Origin: Cyanidioschyzon merolae
Lineage: Eukaryota
Direction: 5' to 3' (one strand)
Length of the DNA stretch: 64,000 bases
Assembly (NCBI GenBank): GCA_000091205.1
Contig: AP006497.2
Position numbers and translations under genes: made by a program. This document shows, in pieces, positions 1 to 11,860 of this stretch. The stretch's first letter is position 1, and each line of letters begins with the position of its first letter. The notes beneath the pieces were generated by a model. That model did no database searches. It was not told the DNA's origin and worked only from the letters and a program-made list of their open reading frames with translations.

Positions 1-1270
1 TGCCTGTAGGATATATATCGTCTACTGAACAATGCAACTAGAACTGGATTCCTCTTTCGGGTCAGTCGTACCGCAGTTTGCAGATCGTTAGGGAACACTG
101 AACTGAACAAGTATATGCGCTCCGCGCCAAAACCCGATATTCTCAAAGCGTGCTTGCGTTCACTAGCGGAGAACGACCCGTCGACCACCTTACGGAAAGC
201 AAGAGCGACAATAGTAGCTGCCGTAGACGTCCCAAATTCTCCACACTTTGTTTGTAGGGTCCTGAAAACACTAGGATAAAGTCATATAAAAAAGTCCTAG
301 TTCGCGGACAGCATTCTTCGGATGATATCGCAACGACAGCGTTCCTGGAACGTCTCGATCGGTATGAAGCACAGGGACATGGGCTTGTTTTTCCAGTTGA
401 TGAGACTTGCTTGGAACGAACCGAACGGTACATATTTGAATATTTGCGGAGAAGAGTGCCCTTTATATGTTCGATCTAGCTCGAAGAGAATGAGGACGTC
501 ATCTTCTGTTCTATCCGCAGTGGATACGATTCGCAGCCTCGATTTCGCGCACAGAGAACGCTCATACAACAGGATTCGCTTCGTCATATCATTGAAGAAG
601 ATTCCGCGGACGTTTTGCAACGTTCTTCTATCGGACAACATGGCATTTAACCATTCCTGTTGCGATCGAGTTTTTGCCGATTCTATCTGGGTTACTGCTG
701 CTTTTCATTCATCCGCACACTCCGTGCTCCAAGTCTATCCAGAGGATGTTTTCTATCACGAAAAGGCATGATCGCTTTACGGAGCGAGTGTCAGCAGCTT
801 TCAGCACATGGTGACACTGGGGCAGATATCGTCTACCTTCCGCAAATCCGTCCTCCTCGGGGAAGGTACGCACCAAATGGCATAAACAACTGTGTTCATT
901 TTAAAAAATTACGGGATGAGCTAGGATGCACATTTCAGAAGGTCGGGATGAAGAAAAGCCCGTGGAGCGCTTCGGCGCTAGAAAAGCACAGAGAGCTGAC
1001 AGCGCACCAAACGGGACGGAGGGTACGACGTCGAGGAATCCTTGCATGGATGCGTTCAACCAGTTGCAATCAATGCATGGTATTCGGGAACCGACACTTG
1101 AACGCCGCTATCAATGCCAGCTGATGTGTGCGGTGCAGAAGACGCCACCCGAGGCGCTGACGCGATCCAACTTGTATGCCACAGCCCCTCAGTCTCGAAG
1201 TGTACCTGGATACATCGAAACCGATTGCAGTCTCTCGAATAATAAAAGCAAGGAAGCATCGGCGAGAGTA
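1..1270 (+). mobile_element. TnpB/Fanzor-like (IS605/OMEGA-family RuvC + zinc-finger nuclease) element remnant, copy A; 5' end truncated by window edge
   Basis: Nucleotide homology (~75%, with indels) to the reverse complement of ~53465-54800 is traceable by eye over the whole span. Shared blocks include ctccgcgccaaaa..gatattctcaaa, aaaaaagtcctagtt, gcagtggata, gctcatacaacag, cattttaaaa..ggatgcaca.ttcag.aggtcg and aacgccgctatcaa. The encoded peptide carries TnpB hallmarks: an RuvC-I-like SVLSAVDTIRSLDFA, the zinc-finger CNQC and an RuvC-III-like NRHLNAAINAS. Confidence 0.6.
322..1124 (+). pseudogene. Fragmented TnpB/Fanzor-like ORF (two overlapping frames, 322-771 and 660-1124), probably inactive
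   Basis: ORFs 322..771 and 660..1124 overlap in different frames, so a frameshift is present. The RuvC-III motif reads NRHLNAAINAS where RDxNAAxNI is expected, so the catalytic Asp is replaced by His. Relative to copy B a 2-bp (tg) indel places a stop directly after INAS. Confidence 0.5.
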
Positions 1271-1696
1271 TCTATATGTAAATAAGCGTATGAATAGGTG
1301 CCCGCCATGGTTGTGGAACGATCGTCATGCTGCTGATCGCATATGCCACACGCCAAGCCATCCATACCACTTCCTCACAATCGGCGAGGAAGCATGCAAG
1401 AATGTATTTCAAATATATTTTCTAAATGAACTACCAGGAAAGTGACCTTGCCCCATTCAGGTACACAAAGCGTGGCAGATGTTGTTCCAAAGGCAGCAAA
1501 TATCGATCATCATACGCTGTGCATGGCCAGGGGCGCGGTGATCCGCCAGCATACGCTCCTTGGGGCATGCCTTGCAACGCGCGCTGGTGATGAACGAGCT
1601 TCAGCGCCTCTTGTTCGTCGTTTTTTGCTTACGTGCTACGGGGTATACGGTGCCGTGCGCTTGAGGAAGAGGTTAGTTTCTTCATAGTCACACGGT

Positions 1697-3133
1697 ATGG
1701 GAGAGCATCGGGTGAACGTGGCGTTTACGTTGGCACCAGTGCAGCCGCCCTGCTTCTCCAGTTATCTGAATGTGACTCGAGCTTGGAGCGCCGATGCCGC
1801 AAGCCGTGCGACGCGTTTCCGGTATCAGGGTACGTCACCGTACCCGAGACAGCGAACACTGTTTCTGAACTTTTTTCATCGACAGGACATGGTTCCGTGC
1901 GGGTTTGCAGCGCTGCACCCATATCACCGGACCTGCAGGTGGCGCCGATCTTTCATAAAAAGCGCTCGCTCCTGCTGCGCACGAGCGGAAGCTATCGCGC
2001 GCGAACATCCACCAGCATCACATGAACCGCTAGTGCGCTGCAACGGGAAGGCTTCGTGCTTCGGGGCCCGCCGAACACGACCTGGTGTAGCGGGAGCCGC
2101 TGGGGCTCCGCGCTTCCCCGGAGCGCTCAGGGCGCACCCCGTGACCGCGAGTCTCGGCATCGCGCTGGTGCTTTTACTCGCGGCGTTGCACAGTCCGTCT
2201 GTCGCAAGCGCGGCCCCAGTTTTCCACGCCAGCAACCTACAAAGCCTGGGCACTAAGATGCTTCATTCCTTCGCATCGGGTTACGCATCGTCGCTAGCAC
2301 TGGTTTTCTTCTCCGAGCTCGGGGACAAGACTTTCTTCATCACCGCTTTGCTGGCCATGAAGTACCATCGAACGTCGATTTTCATTGGCGCCATTGCGGC
2401 GTTATCCCTGATGACCATGATCTCCGTGGTGCTAGGTCAACTCTTTCACGCGCTTCCACCGCTTGTGACGTCATATATCCCATTCGATGACTGGGCAGCG
2501 TGTGCCCTGCTAATCTTCTTTGGCGTATCAAGCATTCGACAAGGTTTGAAAGCGCGAGCAACACGAGCTGGTCCAGGATCGAAAGCAGAAACACCAACAT
2601 CGCTCGACAGCAGCAGTGCCGGCGCATCCGAGCGATCAGGGACGCTTTCGGATTCGAGGTCTACATCTGCGCAAGCTGAAGAGCTTACGGAAGAGGCAGA
2701 AGCAGCGAAATTCATTCGGGAACGAGAGGAGCGTTTGCTGAGCACCAGAAGCCGCCCGGCCTCTGCAACAAATACGCAGATGAGCGACAAGACGCGCGAG
2801 CATCCCCGTCTGAGCCAGGCAGGTGCCGCGCTAGCCGCCATAGCGATGCCGCTAGCATCACATGCGCAGCTCGCTGCTGTCGTCGAAGCGTTCACGCTCG
2901 TCTTTCTCGCGGAATGGGGTGATCGCAGCATGCTCGCCACGATCGCGCTCTCTGCAGCAAAGAATCCTTTTGGAGTAACGGCCGGGGCGATCAGCGGACA
3001 TCTGGTCGCTTCACTCCTGGCCATTCTTGGCGGAAGTGTTCTCGGGCGATACTTTAGCGAGCGCTTCGTTTCCCTAGTCAGCGGCGGGCTGTTCATCGTC
3101 TTTGCCGTCATGACTTTGCTTGGAGTTTTCTAA
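1697..3133 (+). CDS. GDT1: GDT1/TMEM165 (UPF0016) family Ca2+/Mn2+/H+ transporter
   Basis: Two copies of the family signature E-x-G-D-(K/R)-(T/S) are present: [18 protein letters not shown] and [24 protein letters not shown] long acidic Ser-rich central loop separates two hydrophobic halves. ATG at 1697 checked; the first ~190 aa are not typical for the family, so the real start may lie further downstream. Confidence 0.8.
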   Translation: MGEHRVNVAFTLAPVQPPCFSSYLNVTRAWSADAASRATRFRYQGTSPYPRQRTLFLNFFHRQDMVPCGFAALHPYHRTCRWRRSFIKSARSCCARAEAIAREHPPASHEPLVRCNGKASCFGARRTRPGVAGAAGAPRFPGALRAHPVTASLGIALVLLLAALHSPSVASAAPVFHASNLQSLGTKMLHSFASGYASSLALVFFSELGDKTFFITALLAMKYHRTSIFIGAIAALSLMTMISVVLGQLFHALPPLVTSYIPFDDWAACALLIFFGVSSIRQGLKARATRAGPGSKAETPTSLDSSSAGASERSGTLSDSRSTSAQAEELTEEAEAAKFIREREERLLSTRSRPASATNTQMSDKTREHPRLSQAGAALAAIAMPLASHAQLAAVVEAFTLVFLAEWGDRSMLATIALSAAKNPFGVTAGAISGHLVASLLAILGGSVLGRYFSERFVSLVSGGLFIVFAVMTLLGVF

Positions 3134-3832
3134 GCGATGAAAATCGTGGTGCAAGTGGCGAGTATGCGCTGGGCATACGAATCGAGCGGGTCGCAAACAA
3201 AAAAACCGACTCGTTAGTCGCTTCAGGTCGGCAGCTATTTGTTGAAGCTTTTTGTGTAACATGGATGCCGGTATCAAACATGTTGTCGAGTGTAGGGCTT
3301 TTCGCCCGTTTCGAGCTTGCGCTGTGCTATAAGCTAACGTATGCATGGATCAAAATTTTTTATATGGGCGAAATCAGCGATGCATCTGGTCGCTGAGCCC
3401 GTACCATACCTATGTTGCCACTTGAGTGCATTAGGAAAGGTTTCTGCCTACGTCTACGTCAGTCCCATGATGCGACGACGGATGCATTCGCCTGCAGGTG
3501 CTCTCATATCGGCTACTCGGGATGCTCACGCCATGGCGCAGCGAACGTCTTTGAACAAAGCACGGGCACCGTTGCAGCGCATGCTCGTTACCTATAGTGG
3601 AAACCTCACCCCGGTAAACTCGACCTGTTGTTTGCGTGCTGCCGCCAAATCCGAGAGACACGGGAGCGACCTCGCTCACCCCTGTGAAGCATGTATGCAT
3701 CTTGCTATGGAGGAACTTCCCCCGTCCAAACAGAGAATAGAAGCTCCAGTAAACTGCGGTACGGGCAATGCACTTCTCGCCAGGATCAGTCGTCGCGACC
3801 GCCTTTTTCCACGCCAGTCTCCTGAGGTTGTA

Positions 3833-5035
3833 TCATCGGGGAGCAGGGCGGCGGGATGCCTTCCTAGCCAGTCCGTGCTGTTGCGCTTGGAGTGTCCCTA
3901 TTTCTGCGAGATCTGCAGGCGCTTGCCAGTACAAAGGATTGCGCTCCAGAATGCCCCGTAGAATCGGGGATAATATGGAGTGCTTCGCGGCTTGCGCATC
4001 GACTCTTCTTCCGCGCAGCAGCAAGAGACATTTGTTATGAACACCTAATCCGGCCCAGGACGGGCAGTCACCGACCTTGATATGCTCCATGGATGCGGCA
4101 GCATCGGCTCTGTCATCCGCCCAATCTAGATTTGACTGCTTCTGCACCTGTTCTGCTGCGACTTTGTGCCAGGAGCGCATCCACCACCAGGGAGAGGGCA
4201 ACCGCAGCACGCGCTTCCAGGCTGGTACGCTGGGCGGCTCCGCTGGATGGATCTCATAGAGTTCAAATGCACCGCTAGCAAACGGGGTGCGCGATCTTGT
4301 CAGAGGTCGAACGTAAAGCGATAGTCGCAGGGTATTCTCGGACGCAAGTGGACGCGTGGACGGCCAAGCCGTTGCCCGCGAGTCGATGCGCTGTTTCCTA
4401 GACCGTTCAAAACGCGTCGAGTCCGACTCGGGCGTGAGGCTGGCTACCAGCTGCCTCGCGTTACCGCTACTGTCGCCTTGCTCGGCAACCAGTTTGAACG
4501 TGCCACTTGCATCGTGCACAAACGTCAAAACCTGATAAGGGTAGGCCAGCAGGAATGCAGCGCCCTCGCGACACCACTTGACTGCGTGGATGTGGTCGGT
4601 ATCGTCGATACGCTGCAAGTCGTTTCCCGCGGCACCAAGCGTGCGACTTGTTCGCACTGGTCTAAAAGCGAACAGCTTTCGACAGAGAACCGTCTGGGAG
4701 GCAAGCGGTGCCGTTGCACCAGAGCGAGCAGCAGTCACCAAGGGCGACTGTGACGCAGCGAGCACGCGACTCGTTTCGAAACCCTCCACGCGGGCGATCA
4801 AAGCACCCGAGCTCAGGTTGAATAGCTCACCCGAGTACGCCCAGTGAACAGTGCTTTCGTTGTGGTTTGGATGAAAGCGACGTCGCAGAAACGTGTTCCA
4901 GGAGTCTGCTCGTCTACGAGAAAGCGGCAGCGTCTCGCTCTTATGAGGTTCCGTTGGTGCCGTTGCAGACGGTGAGGTTGGGGTTGGTTCAGCGGCTTGC
5001 GCAACGATCAAGCTCGGTTTTAGGCCTTTAGTCAT
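3833..5035 (-). CDS. Hypothetical protein (no recognisable domain); N-terminal poly-Leu region encoded by a (CTG)n run
   Basis: The 431-aa ORF on the track starts at a GTG (5128). The first in-frame ATG is at 5035. No family motif recognised. Long ORFs are common in GC-rich DNA, so this is uncertain. Confidence 0.35.
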   Translation of the reverse strand: MTKGLKPSLIVAQAAEPTPTSPSATAPTEPHKSETLPLSRRRADSWNTFLRRRFHPNHNESTVHWAYSGELFNLSSGALIARVEGFETSRVLAASQSPLVTAARSGATAPLASQTVLCRKLFAFRPVRTSRTLGAAGNDLQRIDDTDHIHAVKWCREGAAFLLAYPYQVLTFVHDASGTFKLVAEQGDSSGNARQLVASLTPESDSTRFERSRKQRIDSRATAWPSTRPLASENTLRLSLYVRPLTRSRTPFASGAFELYEIHPAEPPSVPAWKRVLRLPSPWWWMRSWHKVAAEQVQKQSNLDWADDRADAAASMEHIKVGDCPSWAGLGVHNKCLLLLRGRRVDAQAAKHSILSPILRGILERNPLYWQAPADLAEIGTLQAQQHGLARKASRRPAPR

Positions 5036-5114
5036 GCTAAAGCAAACCCTAAGGTCGCTCAGCGTCCTCGCAGACACGAGCGTTACCGGGTCTGTAGTCG
5101 TCACGCAAGTCCCG

Positions 5115-5157
5115 AGCAGCAGCAGCACCAGCAGCAGCAGCAGCAGAAGTAGTAGTG
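5115..5157. repeat. (CAG/CTG)n trinucleotide microsatellite
   Basis: agcagcagcaccagcagcagcagcagcagaagtagtagt. Confidence 0.9.
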
Positions 5158-7080
5158 CACTTGCGGCTTCGAAGAGGAAGCGTACTCTTTAGGAATTCAT
5201 TCGCGGTGTCGCTGATCGCAGAGCGAGCGCTGGACTATTCACAGATGCTCAAGGCACTGGATGTGCTTGTGAAGGCGACCTCGGTATTCTGCGAGTTTTT
5301 CTAATAGGAACGGTTCTTTCGGACCTTGAGAAACATGCAAGATAATGTACCTGTGTTCGATCCAAACGAAAACCCAATGCGATGACGGTGCATGGGTCTG
5401 GGAAACTCGCGCTTTTCGCTGGTACTTCATTCAACGACACTGTATCCCTGGGTATCGGCTTTGGGATATCGCGCGAGTGGGTGTCATGTTCGAGTAAAGT
5501 AGCGGTACAGGCGAGGACCTATTGCCTTCGCTTTTCAGGGCCGAGCGTGGTCGCGACTCGGTTGCGGCGACTGGGCGAACCGCTGAGAGCCTGTGCCCTC
5601 AGCTCACCTAGGACGCTGGGTTGGAGGCGTCGGACGCCCACTTGCGAGAAACGCACCGGAAACGAGCAAAAAGCCTCCTTCCATCGTAGCGTGTAATCAA
5701 GCCTCTGATGCAGCTCTATGGGAACGTGGTTTGCCGAGCCAGCGCACGTTCGATGAGTCATCGACACAGTGGCCGTGCGGGCACCTGGGCAGGTAGCGCT
5801 CGCGCAGGTCCATGCTTTGTATCCTCTTGCTTTTGAAGCGTATCCTGCTTCGAATGGAACGGTTTCGAAAGTGCAACATATGTGGGCGACTTGAAGTGCA
5901 AATTTTTCCATGAGGAAACAAGCGATATGCTTCAAGATGGTGTTCCAAACGCAGATGCCGCAAGACGCTTTGCAAGCGCGTTCTTCGTGGACATACTGAT
6001 TCGCTGCAGGGCAGGAGTCGCTGCATACTTGCCGTCCCTACAAGCCGGTGAGTACAACTGTTCCCGTTGCTGCTGGTATGGCGGCTGCATACGACCGTTT
6101 TTCACCATACCAAGTTCGTCGACAGCGTTTCACAACGCAAGAGACACGACTCGGGTAAGACTTTTGTTCCAGAGCGCGCGTTCCGGGAGCCGAATGTTCG
6201 GGGAGAGGGCGCCACGAATCCCATGCGGATGTCTGTGGCGTTCCGGCGTTTTTCGATCACGGGTATCGCACTAGTGCATACCCGAGAAATACAAGTCGAG
6301 TCTGGATGATTCGTTGCTGCATTGGTTACACCGCTGGCAACCAGCGGTATCTTTATTGAAGGCCCCTTTCTTACACGAGCGAGACGCTATGCAGATACTC
6401 TTGATTTTTGTCAAAACAAGCTAGGAGGTCGTGTATCGTTGGAATGAACGCATCCCAAGCCACATACCCGTACGACAAGGAAAACTGCGCTGATCAAGCA
6501 TCCGCGTTCAGAGGCATTCGAACGCGACAATGAGAAGGCTCTCGATATGACGCAACCCAGTGGCTGTGTCGCGGGCATCGTGTTCTGCGGCCCGGGGGGC
6601 GCTCAGCGTGGACGGCAGTTGGAACGGACCGCTTCGAGGAATCCGAGCCGTCGCCGACTCGCAACATCGTCGCTACATAAACCCATGTGATCGTTTTTAC
6701 TCCCAAGAACGTGCTGGTTTTTCACGCGAGACGTATCCAAGTTAAGTGACATCACGGGCGGGGCGACAAGTACATGCACCAAAACATCGCTTATGAAGCA
6801 TGCGCTGATCAAGTCCCAGCAGCCGCAGTGAAGATGACAGCAGGGCTCCTGCTCTAGCTCGGCGCGCAACGGGTCGCTGCCAACGCTGCACCTGTGGACA
6901 GCAAACTCGCCAACCGCTACCAGACGTGCATGTTCGAGCACCCATAACCAGCCGCTCGCGGACGACACCTATGCACGGCCTCTAGGGCGTCAAGAAGCTG
7001 GGACGTTTCCGAGGTTGTGATTGTGGAATGCGCCGCCGTGCGCCCGCGAACGGCTCTCTAAAACATTGCAACGCTGGCGT

Positions 7081-8109
7081 CTAGCGCGAGAATGCCAACC
7101 CCATGGCCAGTGAGAATACTGGGTCGTACTTGCCTTTCCCGTCCATGAACGTGCCCGCGGAGGCATGAACCACAAGCCCCCGGGCTCGGAAACCGAGAGA
7201 GTCTATTTTCTCATCAACTTGGCGAGAGAACCGACGCGCCTGCGCCTCTTCGCGTGACTCCCCACCCTTCCTACGGGACCAGTGAAGAAGGCATTCCACA
7301 CCGATTCTTGCATCAGCGCCGTATTCTTCGTCGCTGCGTCTCATTGCACCGAACTGAATGAAAGGGCGCGGGCGTCCTCGCAGCGGACCCAGCAGCGTGA
7401 CACTGCTATCCAGTTCACCGTAGCGGCGATATGCTAAAAGGCTCTCTCCGCCGATAGATAGCGCATTGGGACCTTCCAAACGCCGCACGTAACACGGGGT
7501 CAGCAGCCCGTTCGTACTCACCGCAAGCACCGAGTCGCTGTAGTCAACGAGAGCGCCTTTCACAGCGCGCTCCGAACGCTGCAGGGTTCTCTGCAGCGAG
7601 GTCGCCGCCCGAGCCTCCCCGGCGTGCGCGCTCCTAACCGAAAACGGCGCCATAGCACTCGTACGCATACTGCCCTGGTCCCTGAGTGAAACTGTTCCCG
7701 AACTTCTGGACACGTTTGTAGCTCTGCGCAGCGTACCGTCTATCGAACCCAGTTGCACCTCGTTTAGCGCTGATGCAGGGAGCACCGTGTGCTCATAGCG
7801 CAGTCCACTGGATCGACTCGGTAACGGCACAAGGCTCGCTTGGAATGGATTATCACCTTCTACATCTGCTGTCCACAGAGACCTAATCTCCTGTAAAAAA
7901 GCGTAGGGCATCAGTGTGCGTTGTAGCGTTCTCGCAAGTCGCCGTATCGAGCAGCGAAACGAGCTCCACGAGCGTGCGCCTTTTCGAACGCCGGAGCGCG
8001 CCAATCTGTGGCGATGCGTCGCGCCAGTCGCTCGACAACGTGGAAGAGCGCTCTTGCGCGTGCCTGTGCTGTAGTGCGGGCGCGCTCTACGGCATACTGC
8101 AGAGCACAT
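7081..8109 (-). CDS. Hypothetical protein, Arg-rich N-terminus (possible organellar presequence); no family assigned
   Basis: 342-aa ORF with a true ATG start. The C-terminal half looks protein-like (..LLGPLRGRPRPFIQFGAMRRSDEEYGADARIGVECLLHW..YDPVFSLAMGLAFSR). No diagnostic motif. Confidence 0.4.
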   Translation of the reverse strand: MCSAVCRRARPHYSTGTRKSALPRCRATGATHRHRLARSGVRKGARSWSSFRCSIRRLARTLQRTLMPYAFLQEIRSLWTADVEGDNPFQASLVPLPSRSSGLRYEHTVLPASALNEVQLGSIDGTLRRATNVSRSSGTVSLRDQGSMRTSAMAPFSVRSAHAGEARAATSLQRTLQRSERAVKGALVDYSDSVLAVSTNGLLTPCYVRRLEGPNALSIGGESLLAYRRYGELDSSVTLLGPLRGRPRPFIQFGAMRRSDEEYGADARIGVECLLHWSRRKGGESREEAQARRFSRQVDEKIDSLGFRARGLVVHASAGTFMDGKGKYDPVFSLAMGLAFSR

Positions 8110-9643
8110 CGCCGCGATATGCCAAGAGGCGACGCCGCCCTTGTCGCAAAAGGCACTGGAACGCTATTGGCGTAGTGAGCGGTTTCCGGCTTGGGGCGCA
8201 GCGCTTCGGCCCTGAAAATATGCCAAGCTGCTCTGGGTCTGTCTGATGACTGCAGTGGGTGATGTTGTTGGCGGTACATCCAGTATCACAGCAAGCATTG
8301 ATGACGGATGCGGTACCTGGAGATATCGGTGACGCGGACGCGTGTCTCTCGCTGGTGTGTCCTTGTATGGGCTGGGGAAACGTGGTGACCTTCGGGGATG
8401 AACGGTGACACCAGACCAGATAACTGTCACGAGACGCGCGTCCGGGGAATTCTGGTGAGCTTCATCGCTTCGATACCAGTTGGGACGGGGCTCGCGGGGA
8501 CCGTGCGGAAGTGCTCGCCCTTACGCATGCACCCAACAGAGAAAAGTTGCAGTGAGATGGCGCATCCCTGGCGGATGGTACATGCGCTGGATACGCGCCC
8601 TGCAGCATCGAGTAGCGTGCATGCATGCGTTAGCTCCAGAGATGGCCATGGATACACCTGAAAAGTGGGATCAGACTGGGCGCCGATTCACGATCTGCGG
8701 GACTCGAGCTCCACGAAATGATTTTGTAGGATGCGTAAATTTTACGCAATGGACATATGGATGCGCGCTTTCCATGACGCGCAAGTCTGTCGTGGCAAAG
8801 GTAGGGGGTACGATCCGCCAAGTGCGCTTCGTATCATTATGGACAAATAGGAGATCCGATTTCACCAGCGTCTCTCCCTTGTCGAGATGTGCTGCGTCCC
8901 GGTTGCCGATACTCCGCATCGTAGTCGAATAGATTCCGACCTGTTCCCTATATGCTGCCTGAAATCAAACGCTCACATCGACATCTTTCCACGAACAGCG
9001 TTCCGGAAATACGACGCGTGGAAGTGAAAGCCCGCAAATTTCCTCCGTCAGCAACATGCGTCCGAGACCCTTGAACGATGCATGTCGAGATCCACGGCGA
9101 GCGAGCGACATTGAAGCTGCCGCAGTAGACGTCCCTCGAGAAGCGCAACGATAAGCGCGCTCATGCCCAACACTCTCAAGCGCTATGGTCGCATTCGGCC
9201 GGGTGCATGCCTTGCGTACCGTCATGCGTCTTGCGTGCTTTTGGAATACCCCACTATCCTGAACGCTGAGCGCATGCCTCATGAGCGGGTAGCTCATGCA
9301 CATCGCTGAAGACTGCAACGCTTACCTTATCTTTCGAGAGGTATCACACATCGTGCAGGTACCCGTACCACACAGGCCTGCGGACGAAGCGCGTATCAGC
9401 AGCTGCCGTCAGCTGAGCTAGCCGCATGCGCCAAGTCCACGCGGGAATCTTGACGCCGGCGCTGATGCAGGCCTTTCGGAAATAGGAACTTGCTGCATTT
9501 TAATGTACATAAATGGAAAGGGCGAATCCGTGCACGCGCAGATGCATGCCGTGCGCTGCATCGCGTTTGCCTGCGGCCGCGTACGCTGAACGCATCGCTG
9601 ACACCGCCTTGAAGCACCAGGAACGCGCCTTGCCGAGCTAAGG

Positions 9644-11860
9644 ATGACGTTAAACTTGGAGCGTGTGGTCGCATCGAAAACCCTGCCAACGGTTCTGCGT
9701 TATGCAGCGCTGACAGCAGCAGCTGTATTAGCTTTTGCGATCCGTCTGTTCAGCGTCGTGCGTTACGAGCCTGTGATCCACGAGTTTGATCCCTACTTCA
9801 ACTACCGCGCCACACGTGTTCTTGTCGACAAGGGTCTATACGAGTTCTGGAACTGGTTTGATGATACATCTTGGTACCCACTTGGTCGAGATGTGGGTGG
9901 TACCGTGTACGCTGGTACTATGTACAGCGCCGCCTTGGTCTACTGGGTACTGCAAGCACTTGGTTTCCCCGTCGACGTGCGCTACGTTTGCGTCTTCGTA
10001 TCGCCACTGTGGGCATCGTTCACAACGCTTATTACGTACGCCTTTACAAACGAGTTGACTGAACAAAAGGACTCAATTGCGGGCCTCTTTGCGGCAGTTT
10101 TCGTTGCCATTGTGCCTGGCTACATTTCGCGGTCATCGGCCGGAGGATTCGATAACGAGTGCGTGGCGATTTTCGCGCTGATGAATACCTTCTATCTTTT
10201 CATGAAGGCGGTGAATACCGGTGCGCTGCAGTGGGCGCTTGCGTGTTGTCTCGGCTATCTTTACATGGTAGCATGCTGGGGTGGCTATATCTTCATCATC
10301 AACTTGATTCCAATCTATGTCATCGTCATGATACTAGCTGGGCGGTATTCTCATCGGATCTATGTCGCCTATTCTACTTTTTACATCCTCGGCACGTTGT
10401 TATCCATGCAGATACGCTTCGTTGGCTTTCAAGCCGTGCAATCGGCAGAGCACATGCTCGCTGCTGTCGTCTTCCTGGCGCTGCAAGTTTATTGCCTTGG
10501 GCAATGGATTCGCTCCATTGTCGCCGAACAGGTCTATCACGCATTTGTGCGTTATTTTGTTATAATCGTTGGATCCGCTTTTGCAGGGCTCGGGGTACTG
10601 CTTCTGGCCGCAGGTTACATTCAGCCGTGGACGGGGCGCTTCTACACGCTGCTGGACCCAACGTATGCGAGCAAACATATACCCATCATTGCGTCGGTGA
10701 GTGAACACCAGCCAACGGCATGGTCGTCGTATTTTTTTGATTTGCACTTTCTGACTGTGCTAGCGCCACTCGGTCTCTACTACTGCTTCCAAGAACTGAC
10801 GGATGCAACACTCTTTGCCATCCTGTATTTCGTTTTTGCAGTCTATTTTTCTGGGGTTATGGTTCGACTCATGTTGGTGCTGGCGCCTGCTGCATGCGCA
10901 ATGGGTGCTGTTGGCACAAGCCGTCTCCTGCAGTCCTTTGCTGTGGACTTGAAAGCTGAACTTGCTGAACGCAATTGGATTCCATGGATCAGCGATATGC
11001 AGCAGGCGAGCAATGCGTCGCCTGGCAAAAAGCACACTGCCGGTGCAAGTAGCACCAGCAGCACGAGCGGCAACCGGGGTCGCGTCACGGGCAGCAGTCA
11101 GGGAAACAATCGGGCGAGCGCGCTGCGCTTGGAGGTTTCGTTGGGGATCCTCTTCAGCGCACTCCTTCTCGGAAACGCGTACGTCAAGCACTGCGTCTGG
11201 GCCGCTTCTGAGGCTTATTCTTCTCCGTCCATCGTATTGGCAGGTCAAGGGCCATCTGGCAGGTTCCTCATCGACGATTTCCGAGAAGCCTACTACTGGC
11301 TGGGGTCCAACGCAGCGGCGGACGCAAAAATTGCCTCCTGGTGGGACTACGGCTACCAGATCGCAGGTATGGGTTTCCGCACGACCATTGTGGATAACAA
11401 CACCTGGAACTTTACGCATATTGCAACAGTTGGCAACATGCTCAGTCGACCAGAGAAGCAGGCATACCAAATAGCGCGTATGCTGGACGTTGACTACGTG
11501 CTGGTCATATTTGGCGGCCTGATTGGATACGGTGGCGACGACGTGAACAAGTTTCTTTGGCCGGTACGCATTGGCGGCTCAGTTGATCCAACGCTTCGTG
11601 AGGCGCAGTTCCTCACTCGAAGGGGTGAGTTTCGCCTCGACGAAGAGATGGCTCCAGCGATGCGAGAGTCACTTCTGTTTAAGCTCTGTTACCATCGTTA
11701 CGGTGAAATCAGCAACGGCTATGATCGCGCTCGGGGTTATCGGGTAGCGCATTTGGACGTCAGGTTGGAACTATTCGAAGAGGCATTCACATCCGAGCAT
11801 TGGATCGTACGAATCTATCGAGTGAAACCGCCAAGCAACCGCGGTAATGTAGCATGGTGA
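9644..11860 (+). CDS. STT3: Dolichyl-diphosphooligosaccharide-protein glycosyltransferase catalytic subunit STT3
   Basis: 738 aa with an ATG start. Contains the diagnostic WWDYGYQIAGM (WWDYG) motif and DNNTWNFTHIATVGNML (DK/MI-region), with multi-pass TM topology in the N-terminal half. An internal Ser/Gly/Thr-rich low-complexity insertion (..PGKKHTAGASSTSSTSGNRGRVTGSSQGNN..) is present. Confidence 0.95.
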   Translation: MTLNLERVVASKTLPTVLRYAALTAAAVLAFAIRLFSVVRYEPVIHEFDPYFNYRATRVLVDKGLYEFWNWFDDTSWYPLGRDVGGTVYAGTMYSAALVYWVLQALGFPVDVRYVCVFVSPLWASFTTLITYAFTNELTEQKDSIAGLFAAVFVAIVPGYISRSSAGGFDNECVAIFALMNTFYLFMKAVNTGALQWALACCLGYLYMVACWGGYIFIINLIPIYVIVMILAGRYSHRIYVAYSTFYILGTLLSMQIRFVGFQAVQSAEHMLAAVVFLALQVYCLGQWIRSIVAEQVYHAFVRYFVIIVGSAFAGLGVLLLAAGYIQPWTGRFYTLLDPTYASKHIPIIASVSEHQPTAWSSYFFDLHFLTVLAPLGLYYCFQELTDATLFAILYFVFAVYFSGVMVRLMLVLAPAACAMGAVGTSRLLQSFAVDLKAELAERNWIPWISDMQQASNASPGKKHTAGASSTSSTSGNRGRVTGSSQGNNRASALRLEVSLGILFSALLLGNAYVKHCVWAASEAYSSPSIVLAGQGPSGRFLIDDFREAYYWLGSNAAADAKIASWWDYGYQIAGMGFRTTIVDNNTWNFTHIATVGNMLSRPEKQAYQIARMLDVDYVLVIFGGLIGYGGDDVNKFLWPVRIGGSVDPTLREAQFLTRRGEFRLDEEMAPAMRESLLFKLCYHRYGEISNGYDRARGYRVAHLDVRLELFEEAFTSEHWIVRIYRVKPPSNRGNVAW

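Noticed and set aside
960-1000. gcttcggc motif (also present in copy B) considered as a U6 snRNA-like core
   Set aside because: Only a short match. The surrounding sequence does not resemble U6, and the motif sits inside the TnpB-like coding homology.
2446-3111. 221-aa ORF antisense to the GDT1 gene
   Set aside because: Antisense to a well-supported CDS and compositionally biased. Similar antisense ORFs (10760-11470 within STT3, 35705-36442 within Rpn10, 52073-52657 within FBPase, 40323-40868 within CDT1-like) were rejected for the same reason.
8480-8932. 150-aa plus-strand ORF in the intergenic region upstream of STT3
   Set aside because: Arg/Trp/Cys-rich and not protein-like; overlapped by ORFs in other frames.
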